From positions 20,646,001 to 20,710,000 of the forward strand of contig NC_043007.1 of NCBI RefSeq assembly GCF_006345805.1: a stretch of 64,000 bases of DNA, written 5' to 3'. The notes under the pieces were generated by a model that worked only from the letters and a program-made list of their open reading frames with translations, was not told where the DNA came from and did no database searches. The DNA comes from Octopus sinensis. Its lineage: Eukaryota. This document shows, in pieces, positions 38,513-50,200 of the stretch. How positions within the stretch are numbered: position 1 is the stretch's first letter; each line of letters begins with the position of its first letter. A program made the translations under genes and the position numbers.

Positions 38513-41020
38513 TGTATGTATGTATGTATGTATGTGTGTATGCATGTGTGTGTGTAGATTCTTTTATTTTTCACTTTTGGTCATTTGACTGTGGCCATGC
38601 TGGAGCACTGCCCAAAAGGGTTTTAGTCAAAGAAATCAACTCCAGGACTTATTCTTTGTAAGCCTAGTACTTATTCTAGTGGTCTCTTTTGCTGAACTGC
38701 TAAGTTACACACCAAAATCAGTTGTCAAGTGATGGTGATGGGGTTTAGACACAGCCACAAAGACACGCACACATGTATATAAATGACAGGCTTCTTTCAG
38801 TTTCCGCCTACCAAATCCACTCACAAGGCTTTAGTCAGCCTGAGGCTATGCTAGAAGACATTTGCCCAAGGTACCATACAGGCAGACTGAACCCAGAACC
38901 ATGTGTTTGGGAAGCAAGCTACTTACCACACAGCCATGCCTGTAGCTTTCACACAGTTTCTTATTTCTTTATTGCCCACAAGGAGCTAAACATAGAGGGG
39001 ACAAACAAGGACAGACAAAGGGATTAAGTCGATTACATCGACCCCAGTGCATAACTGGTACTTAATTTATTGACCCCGAAAAGATGAGAGGTAAAGTCGA
39101 CCTCGGTAGATGAAATACCACTAAGCATTTCGCCCGGTGCGCTAACGTTTCTTATTTCTTTATTGCCCACAAGGGGCTAAACATAGAGGGGACAAACACG
39201 GACAAACAAAGGAATTAAGTCAATTACATCGACCACAGTGTGTATCTGGTACTTAATTTATTGACCCTGAAAGGATGAGAGGCAAAGTTGACCTCGGCGG
39301 AATTTGAACTCAGAACGTAACGGCAGATGAAATACCGCTAAGCATTTTGCCTGATGTGCTAACGTCTCTGCCAGCTTGCCGCCTTCTTACCACAAAGTCA
39401 TGCCTGTGGTATGAAGCAAGCTTCTTACGACACAGCCATGCTTGTAGCTTTCATACAGTTTCTGCTCACCTAATTCACTCACAAGGCATTGATGGGCCTA
39501 GGGCTACAGTAAAAAAACACTTGCCCAAGGTGTCACATGGTGAGACTGAACCCCAAACCCCATGGTTGCAAGATAAGTCTCTTAATCACCCAGCAACACC
39601 TACACTGGTTGTTTTCATTTGCTTTTTTCTTTGTATAATTTCTTTTTGGGTTTATAACAATAAACAGTTTTATTGAAAGATCGAAATAGTTTTATTGTCT
39701 TAAATATTCAGTATTTGAAGAAGATCTCATTTATGGAAGTAAATATTTGATATTGATCTATGACATCAACACCAAGCTTAAAATTATTGAAATAAAAAAT
39801 AAAGGGTGAGATTTCACACGTCTGTTTGGTTAGCCAAATCAATAATTCTGAAGATCTCATTTATTACTGTTTTTTTTTAATTAGTGAATTTGATTAATAT
39901 TATAGTTAGATGCTTATATTGTAAACTAATTAAATTTTGTGCAAATATTAAAAAAAAGTGATTAATGAAAGTATATAAATATTCAAATATTTTTTTCTTA
40001 ATGTTGTGGCTTAGAGACAGAGTTTTTTGTAACTACTGCGAGCCAGACAAAATAATAATCTATCTGAAAATAAATTTTTTAACAAAATTCTGAATAAAGA
40101 AATATCGATAGCACAGGCATGGCTGTGCAGTGAGAAGCTTGGTAAGAAGTGTGCTAAGTAGCTTGTTTCCCAACCACATGGTTCCGGGTTCAGTCCCACT
40201 GTGTGGCACCTTGGGCAAGTGTCTTCTACTATAACCTCTGAATGACCAAAGTCTTGTGAGTGGATTTGGTAGACGGAAACTGAAAGAAGCCCATAATTTG
40301 TGTGTGCATGCCTGAGTGTGTGTGTGTCTGTGTGTCTTTGTGTCTGTATTTGTTCCCCCCACCATCTCTTGACAACCAATGTTGGTGTGCTTATGTTCCT
40401 GTAACTTAGTGGTTTGGCAAAAGAGATCAATAGAATAAGTACTAGGTTTACAAAGAATAAATCCTGAGAGACTTTGGGCTAGTGTCTTTTACTTTGGCCC
40501 TGAGGGAATTTGGTTGGCAGAAACTGATTGGAAGCTAACTGCAAGACATGTGGTATCAGTTTCAATCCCTCTGTAAGGCACCTTGGGAAAGTGTCATCTA
40601 CTACAGCTCTGAGCTGACCAATGCCTTGTCATTGAATTTAATAAATAAAAACTGTATGGAAACCCATCATGTATATATATATGTAAATGTATGTATGTAT
40701 ATGTGTATGTGTATGTGTGTGTGCGTCTTCGCATTTGTGTTTCTCTTCCTGCCACTTTGTAACCAGTGTTAGTTTATTTACATCCCCATAACATAGTGGT
40801 TCAACGAAGGACCATTAGAATAAGTCCTGGGGTCGATTTGAACAACTAAAATCCTTCGAGGTGGTGCCCCAGCATGGCCAGTAAAAGATTAAAAAAATAA
40901 GAAGAATAAGTCTTACATATTTCATTGTTTTGCATTTGATAATCCAGGATGCGAGATCAATAGGTCAGATATCAATAAATGATCAAAAACTTACATCATT
41001 TTTTACTGCAGCATCCAATG

Positions 41021-41074
<54 letters not shown>

Positions 41075-41169
41075 ATAATTTATAAAACACATCAAATGGA
41101 AAAATTGATTCTGTGGATTCAAATAAGCTCACTGCTTTTTTTCTGAACCTGGTGAAGTGTGCATGTTAT

Positions 41170-42320
41170 CTGTGTGTGTGATATTATATTATACATACAA
41201 TGTGTGTGTGGGTGTATGTGTGTGTGATATTATATTATACATACAATGTGTGTGTGGGTGTATGTGTGTGTGATATTATATTATACATACAATGTGTGTG
41301 TGGGTGTATGTGTGTGTGATATTATATTATACATACAATGTGTGTGTGTGTATGTGTGTGCGTGTGGGTGTATGTGTGTGTGATATTATATTATACATAC
41401 AATGTGTGTGTGTATGTGTGTGTGTGTGGGTGTATGTGTGTGTGATATTATATTATACATACAATGTGTGTGTGTGTATGTGTGGGTGTATGTGTGTGTG
41501 ATATTATATTATACATACAATATGTGTGTGTGTATGTATGTGTGTGTGGGTGTATGTGTGTGTGATATTATATTATATATACAATGTGTGTGTGTATGTG
41601 TGTGCGTGTGGGTGTATGTGTGTGTGTGTGGGTGTATGTGTGTGTGATATTATATTATATATACAATGTGTGTGTGTGTATGTGTGTGCGTGTGGGTGTA
41701 TCTGTGTGTGATATTATATTATACATACAATGTGTGTGTATGTGTGTGTGATATTATATTATATATACAATGTGTGTGTGTGTATGTGTGTGCGTGTGGG
41801 TGTATGTGTGTGTGATATTATATTATACATACAATGTGTGTGTGTATGTGTGTGTGTGGGTGTATGTGTGTGTGTGTGTGATATTATATTATACATACAA
41901 TGTGTTGTGTATTGTATTATATTATACATACAATGTGTGTGTGTGGGTGTATGTGTGTGTGATATTATATTATACATATAATGTGTGTGTGTGTATGTGT
42001 TTGTGTGTGGGTGTATGTGTGTGTGATATTATATTATACATACAATGTGTGTGTGTGTATGTGTGTGCGTGTGGGTGTATGTGTGTGTAATATTATATTA
42101 TATATACAATGTGTTGTGTATTGTATTATATTATCCATACAATGTGTGTGTGTGTATGTGTGTGTGTGTATATGTGTGTGCGTGTGGGTGTATGTGTGTG
42201 TAATATATTATACATACAATGTGTGTGTGTGATATATCATACATACAATGTGTGTGTGTGTGTGTGTGTATGTGTGTGTGGGTGTATGTGTGTGTGTGAT
42301 ATTATATTATACATACAATG
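41170..42320. repeat. Compound minisatellite: ~21 copies of a ~21-bp core separated by variable (TG)n tracts
   Basis: Core GATATTATATTATACATACAAT counted by eye. Confidence 0.85.
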
Positions 42321-42667
42321 TTTGTGTATATGTTTGACTACATTGAATACTTTATTATATTTTGTCTGTTTATCTAAAAATAAACATTGTTTTCTTCAAA
42401 CCCCCCCCCTGTTACAGATTTCACTTATCAGACTGCAGCCATGCTAGGTCACCCCCCACCTTCAAGAATTTGGTCAATCATAAGAACCCCAGTATTTATT
42501 TCCATTTGGTACTGATCTCTCTGACCTTGACTATGTTAATGAGCTTGTCCCCACAAGTAGAGATATGTTAACCCCACAACTTCTTTTGGAAATAGGAACA
42601 GGAAAAGAACAGCAACCTTGTCCAACTAGATTTGCTGGAAGAAGGAAATTTTTGCTGTAAAATTAAA

Positions 42668-43336
42668 CTAGCAGTATCACCCGGCGTTGCTAGGGTTTGC
42701 TTCGACCTTTAGAATTGGAATTTTTGAAAAGTAAATATTTTGCATTATGTAGCTTGTTATTCTCTTTAAGTGAACATTTTTCTGGTTGAAATACACCGAA
42801 AAATGGCGACACAGCGGTCAAAAAATCGTTAAAAAATAGGGATTTTCATAGAAAAAAAGCACCTTTTTGATGTAAATAATTTTTGGTGTTAACATGGTCC
42901 GATTTGAATTTTTTCTTCTACGGAAAGAAGAGCAAGCCTTCTATCATATTCTCAATTTTGGTCAACTTGCGCTGCAGGGTCTCGGGGGAGATAGTGTTAG
43001 TTGAAGGCTACCAATCCTGCCATATACAGGCAACTTCAACTTTATATATATGGAGACTAGTCTGGTTGAAAAACACCGAAAAATGGCGACACAGCAGTAA
43101 AAAAATCATAAAAAATAGGGATTTTCTTAGAAAAAAAGCACCTTTTTGCTGTAAATAATTTTTGGTGTTAACATGGTCCGATTTAAATTTTTTCTTCTAC
43201 AGAAGGAAGAGCAAGCCTTCTGCTATCATAATTTCAATTTTGGTCAACTTGCGCTGCAGGGTCTCGGAGGAGATAGTGTTAGTTGAAGGCTACCAAACCT
43301 GCCACACGCAGACAACTTCAGCTTTATATATAAAGA
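42668..43336 (-). mobile_element. Tandem Helitron dimer (one truncated and one full unit)
   Basis: Full unit 42668-43056 ends CTAG|T; truncated unit 43057-43336 also ends in CTAG. Confidence 0.75.
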
Positions 43337-45471
43337 TAAAGAATCTGAGAACAAGGCAGACCCTACATTTATGGTACAGGAAGATAGTAGTTATGCACAG
43401 CAGAAAAATAATAATAATGGACAGCATAAATATGTAAAAATATGATTAGAATTTTTTGGCCACCAGCCAAGATATATATACAAAAAAAATGAGTATTTCT
43501 GAAGAATTTTTTTTCATGCTAATTAAGATTTTAATTCAATAATTACATATATAACATGTATTCTCTCTCTCTCTCTTTTTTCTCTTTTACTTGTTTCAGT
43601 CATTTGACTGCGGCCATGCTGGAGCACCGCCTTTAATGAGCAACTCGACCCCGGGACTTATTCTTTGTAGGCCCAGTACTTATTCTATCGGTCTCTTTTG
43701 CCGAACCGCTAAGTGACGGGGACATAAACACACCAGCATCGGTTGTCAAGCAATGCTAGGGGGACAAACACAGACACACAAACATACACGCACACACATA
43801 TATATATACATATATACGACGGGCTTCTTTCAGTTTCCGTCTACCAAATCCACTCACGCGGCTTTGGTTGACCCAAGGCTATAGTAGAAGACAGTTGCCC
43901 AAGGTGCCACACAGTGGGACTGAACCCAGAACCATATGGTTGGTAAGCAAGCTACTTACCACACAGCCACTCCTGCGCCTATGTATGTATATGATATGAA
44001 TGTAATAGAAAACCACATTAAAATCTAAATCCAAAACTGAAGAAAACACAAACATGAGCAAAAAAAAGAAAATGAAAGAGAGGAAGAAGGAAATAAAAGA
44101 CATCAGTTCAACACTAGGTGGATCATCAACTGGTCCCACACCACAAAGTTCAACAGACCCTATTGATGCAAAGCAATGTGCTTGTGACATTACCAAAGGT
44201 GATGGTGAGGTTAAGGTGTTGGAACAGCCAAGCATCCTTATGGGCATCCCCTGACACCTTTGTAAGACGAGTCACCAACAATGACAAGAACTTGTGTGGA
44301 GGCACATGGCCTAGTGGTTAAAGCACCGGACTTGCGGTCGAGGGATTGTGGGTTCGAATCTCAGACCAGGCGATGTGTGTGTGTTTATGAGCGAAACACC
44401 TAAGCTCCACGGGGCTCCAGCAGAAGGTAATGGCGAACTTTTGCTGACTCTTTCGCCACAACTTTCCCTCACTCTTTCCTCCTGCATCTTGCAGGTCACC
44501 TGCAACGAACCGGCGTCCAGTCCAGGTGAGGAACCTATACGCCAAGGAAACTGGGAAACCGGTCCTTATGAGCCAGGCATGGCTTGAGAAGGAAAACAGA
44601 GTAAAATTGAATATGTGTAGATTTAGTGCCAGAGGAAGGTAAAATTGGTGGAGGCACATAGTCTAGTGGTTAAAGCAGTGGACTTGCCGTCGAGGGATCG
44701 TGGTTTCAAATCTCAGACCAGGCGATGTGTGTGTGTGTTTATGAGTGAAACACCTAAGCTCCATGCAGCTCCGGCAGAAGGTAATGGCAAACTTCTGCTG
44801 ACTCTTTTGCCACAACTTTCTCTCACTCTTTCCTCTTGCATCTTGCAGCTCACCAGCGATGGACCGGCGTCCTGTCCATGTGAGGAACCTATATGCCAAG
44901 GAAACCGGGAAACTGGCCCTTATGAGCCAGGAATGGCTCGAGAAGGAACAAACAAGAACTTGTAGTGACGCCTGGTTTCAGACACCATTTTGGGATGTTC
45001 ATCTGCGCACGTGCAAAGATTAGTGTCTTCCGATAGGCCAGCCGGAAGTCCCTTATGCACACGCGCAGTCATCAGCAGCAGCTAGGCAAGACCCCTATTC
45101 TCTCTCTCTCTTTGCTTCCTGCTGTCGACGGATTCAGACACGACCAGACAAAGCTCCGAGCAAAGGCGAACGAAACTTGGCGAGTCATGAAGAATGCTTT
45201 CAACAGTTGTGATTTGCATCGTTTTAGCCTTCAAATGACGCCACCCCGCTGGCTGAGCGAGCAGGCCAACAGAAGAAAGAGTGAGAGAAAGTTGTGGCGA
45301 AAGAGTACAGCAGGGATCGCCACCCCCCCTTACCAGAGCCTTGTGGAGCTTTAGTTGTTTTCCCTCAATAAACACTCACAATGCCCGGTCTGGGAATCGA
45401 AACCGCAATCCTACAACCACGAGTCCGCTGCCCTAACCACTCGGCCATTGTGCCTCCACATATTGTATATA

Positions 45472-45522
<51 letters not shown>

Positions 45523-45684
45523 ATCCTGCCACGCAATTCAACAAATCTGTGTAAAGTCACATACAGATCTACTTGTCCAAGGAACTTTATGATTGCACCC
45601 TTATTATTTGCAAAAGTAATACATCCACAATCATCACTCATACACAGAAACGAACATGTCAATATAACATGCTTATCAATAGGT

Positions 45685-45855
45685 AATGGGAAAGTTTACG
45701 AAAATAAACAAAAGACGAAGGTAGGTGGAGTACAAACAAAAAAATGTATTAGTATAATGCTCAGGAATAGAAAGAGTCTTTTATGTTTTGAGCCTACGCT
45801 CTTCGACAGAAAGATACACAGAAAAAAACAAGGAGAGAAAAAAATGCGTGTAGTA
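45685..45855 (-). mobile_element. Penelope-derived non-autonomous element (family 1)
   Basis: Homologous to 12860-13030 and 30175-30355. Confidence 0.6.
45778..45813 (-). ncRNA. Decayed hammerhead motif, same family as 30271
   Basis: CTTT-CTGTCGA-A-GAGC-GTAG-GCTC-AAAA-CAT-A-AAAG; G12 lost. Confidence 0.55.
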
Positions 45856-47236
45856 GCTCAGGCTCCAATCAAAACATGAGCATAATTTTTTTTAAATTCA
45901 TAAAACTGAATGTTGATATATTAATTATTACAATTAAACTGAATATTTGACATTTTAAATAAAAACATATCATTGATCTTGTAGTTCTTTACAGTTATTT
46001 ATAATTCTGATTCATCTCCACTGCTGTTTTATTTCTTTTTCAACTCGTTAACCTTGTATCACCTTTACAACAAGACACCTGTTCCTACCCTTCTGACATA
46101 CTTAAACCTTTCAGCCTCCTGGCATAAAGCCTGTCCCCTCAATACTACTCCCCACTCAGCTGCGGGTGTCTTTGTCTTGCGTATTTCTCGGTGACCTCAC
46201 TGGGGATGATGTCACGTTAAAAGCACCTGGTGCACTCTGTAAAGTGGTTGGCATTAGGAAGGGCAGCATCCAGCTGTAGAAACCACGCCAAAGCAGGCAG
46301 TAAAGTCTGATGCAGTCCTCTGACTTCTCCAGCTTCCATCAAACCATCCAACACATGCCAGCATGGAAATCAGACACTAAATAGTGGTGACGACGACAAT
46401 GATGACGACGACGACGATGATGATGACGATAATGACGACAATGACGATGACAACGATGACAACTATGATGACGTTGATGACGACAATGACGATGACGACG
46501 ACGACGATGATGACGATGACGACGACAATGACGATGACGATGATGACGACGACGACAATGATGACGATGATGACGACAATGACGATGGCGACGATGATGA
46601 CGATGACAACGACAATGACGATGACGACGACGACGATGACGATGACGATGACGACGACAATAACGATGACGATGATGACGACGACGACGACAATGATGAC
46701 AATGACAACGACAATGACGATGACGACGATGACGACGACAACGATATAGTCATGATTCTTTAATTTATTTGCATTCTCACCTCGTATATGTTATGGCTTT
46801 GTGGTAATAACTCTTAATGTTGCCACATTTCTGGATGACAGAACATTTATTTCTGCAAAGTAGTGTTGCATTTAAATTTCAACCTATTTCAAATTATGTT
46901 TGTTTTTGTATTTTATTTCGTCTTTGTATTTGGTTTGCAAGATTCTTTATCTGAATTCGTGTGTTGAAGCATATTTTATTGTGTCTGGGGAGAATCATTT
47001 TCTTTTAGTGCCTTATTAATTTAACACACTCACTGGTCTGATTTCCACTCATTTACTTATTATTTTTGTATTTTGTTTCTTATTAAAGTTAACATTTTCC
47101 TAATATGCCATATTTTTTGTTCTACAATATTAAGTTTAATTTATAATTATTTCAATTATTTTATCAATAAATTTTTCAAATTTATGATTATAATCTTGCT
47201 TTGTTTTCAATTTCAGGCAAGAGCAGTGGACTAGCC

Positions 47237-50200
47237 ATGTCTGCTGGTTCTTGGGAGGACTCATCAAATTTGACTCATGACAGAGATGAACAGAGTAATC
47301 TTGAGCTGGTTAAGAAACGTCCTCCACCTCGACCTTCAGGGCCACCTCCTCGATCTGCTCCTCCAAGACCTGCACCCATCAACTTAAAAGCTACTTCTCG
47401 GTCAACTTCTCCTTCTGCTCAACCAACTGCAACTGCTTCAGGAAGCGCATCTCCATCAGTTGGACATCATATAACTTCTGCTAATAAAAAGGCGCATAAA
47501 ATTATAAGCTCTTTGAAACATAAAGCTGGCCTAAAATCTCCAAAACACTTCATTAAAGATAAGAAGAAGCACAAATCCCCAATACCCTCTCCTTCGAAAG
47601 AATTTGTCGATCCAACACTCAGTGATAAAACTGAACGCTCTGAAGAATGGCTGGCCTTACAGCAAATGCTCGACCGAACCAAAGAAACGGTCATAAAAAC
47701 ACAACAGAATTTGAATAGATTAGCATCAAAAGACGAGGGTGATAATCTTGAAGACGACGAAGCATCAGCTTCTGATGGTTCTTGGGCTGGTTTGAGAGCT
47801 AATCAAGGAGAATCAGAAGAAATCGATGAAGAAGCATCAAATATTCCGTACTCGAAAGCTTCAAGCTATTACCCTGAAGACTCTACTGAAGAATTAAATG
47901 ATATTAGTACAAAACCAAAATCTGAAACAGGAGGTAGTGTTCAAGACTTATTAGGGCTTGGGTTGGGAGATTTTGAATCCCCGCCCGAACCGGATGATTG
48001 GCTCTCCAGCCATCAATCTCAATTTGAAAAAGACTTTTTAGCAGCAGAAGAAGAAAATTTAACTTTATCCAACAAGAGTGTTACCGATGAATTAGTTGAT
48101 AGCTTTTTAGGATTAGACCCTTCAACTAGCCTAAAACCTTCCCCGGCTATAAGTCCTGCACTTTCTCCCGTCACCCAACTTGCCCCAGAATCTGAAGCAG
48201 ACCCATTTGTTGTTCGAAAAATTGTCGATCCATTTGATGTTTCTTCAATTGTTATTAAAACTGAATCAGAATCTGACCCCTTTACTGTTAAATCAGCAGT
48301 TGCAACTCCATCTGATCCCTTTGTTGTGACGCATGATCCTTTTGTTACATCTGTTGAGAGTGATATCAAGTCCACTGATCCATTTGCAGTAAAAACAACA
48401 TCGCCTTCAACAGATCCTTTTGCAGTTTCTAGCGATCCAGTAACTACAACACAGTCCTATAATGTTTTAGAAGATCCATTTTCTGTTAAACCAAGTGCAT
48501 CTAAAACAGTTCCAGATTCACTTTCTGCAAAACCCCCAACAGAAATATCCTCATCTGATCCTTTTGTTGTTTCTCCTGCATGTACAGAATCATTATTTCT
48601 GGGATCAACTTTGGGTAGTTCCACATTGGATACATTAGCTGTTTCACCTGGATTGCCAAGATCTGGTTCTGAATTATTTGCTGACACTTCTGATTTGACA
48701 CCATCTAATATTGACCCTTTCACTCCAACTAAGGATATTTTTAGCTCAACAGTTGACCCGTTCGCTTCAGCTACAGAGTTCACGAGTTCAACAAGCGATC
48801 CTTTTGCATCAACTGCAGAGGTCACTAGCTCAACAGTTGACCCCTTCTCTTCAACTGCAGAGGTCACAAGTGCAACAGCTGATCTCTTCTCTTCAACAGC
48901 AGAGGTCACAAGTGCAACAGCTGATCTCTTCTCTTCAACTGCAGAGGTCACAAGTGCAACAGCTGATCTCTTCTCTTCAACTGCAGAGGTCACAAGTGCA
49001 ACAGCTGATCTCTTCTCTTCAACTGTAGAGGTCACTAGCTCAACAGTTGATCCCTTCTCTTCAACTGCAGAGGTCACAAGTTCAACAGCTGATCTTTTTG
49101 CGCCAACTACAGAACTCAGCAGTTTAACAGGTGATCCCTTCACTTCAACTACAGAGCTCACGAGTTCAAAAGTTGACCCTTTTGCATCCCCTGCAGATTT
49201 CACTACTTCAAATACTGATCTATTTGGTGAAAACAAAGATGCATTCGAAATAAATCCGAATATACAAGAAACAAGGGCCACTGATTTTGTCTCAGAAAAG
49301 ACTGAAGAAGCAAACCAGCTTGAAGACTTTTTTGTCGAAAAGACAGAAGATTCAGGAAATAATATTTTCATGAATAATATACCAAAAGATAAAGAATTAG
49401 GAGCTGCAGCTGTGGATCCTTTTGCTTCCTCAGAAACATCCTTATTTACTCAACCAAATTTAGAACTTTCTGGTTTTGCCTGCTTCTCAGAATCTGAAGG
49501 ACTCATTGATCCAGCTGGATCAACAGACACTAGTCTCATTCCAGGTAAAACAGACAAGCTGGCCTCCACACCAGAACCTTATTCAACTATATCGGAACCA
49601 CTAGATTTTGCTTCAATCGCTCTAGCAATTAAAGCAGTTGAGAAAATTTCAGCAAGTTCTGATCAAAGTAAACCAAGTTCTAGTCCATTCACAACAATAT
49701 CTGAACCATTAGAGTTTCATACCGATGATACTTCTTATAAATTAGATAAAAAAGCTACAGACTCTTTAGAAGATAGTCCCTTTTGTACTACGTCAGAACC
49801 AGTTGATATAGGATCAGTTTCTTTTGTTAAACAGGAAGATTTGCAAATTGCTGATCAATTAGTCTATAAACCCTTGACTTTACAAACTGATCCTTTTAGT
49901 ACTATTTCAGAACCAGTAGATGTTCATGTAGAATCATCTGAAACTCCTTTTGGCTGGAATGCCTTTTCTGATCAATTTAGCTCTACTTCAGATAGTGATT
50001 TGAGCACTAAAATTTCTGCTAATGATCAATCTAGTTTTGCGTTTTGTGAATTAAGTGCTACCCAAGCAGCGCCTGCTGTTCAACCATTTTCAAGTTCACC
50101 ATTTGAAGCTGACTGGCCAGGTTCAGTCTCAGACTCGGCAGTTAAAACTGACTTAGCTTTCCCAGGGGTAGGAAGTGATTTCGGTTCTGCAAGTATGTCT

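Noticed and set aside
41170-42320. CRISPR-like repeat-spacer appearance
   Set aside because: Eukaryotic context, the spacers are (TG)n microsatellite of variable length, and there are no cas genes.
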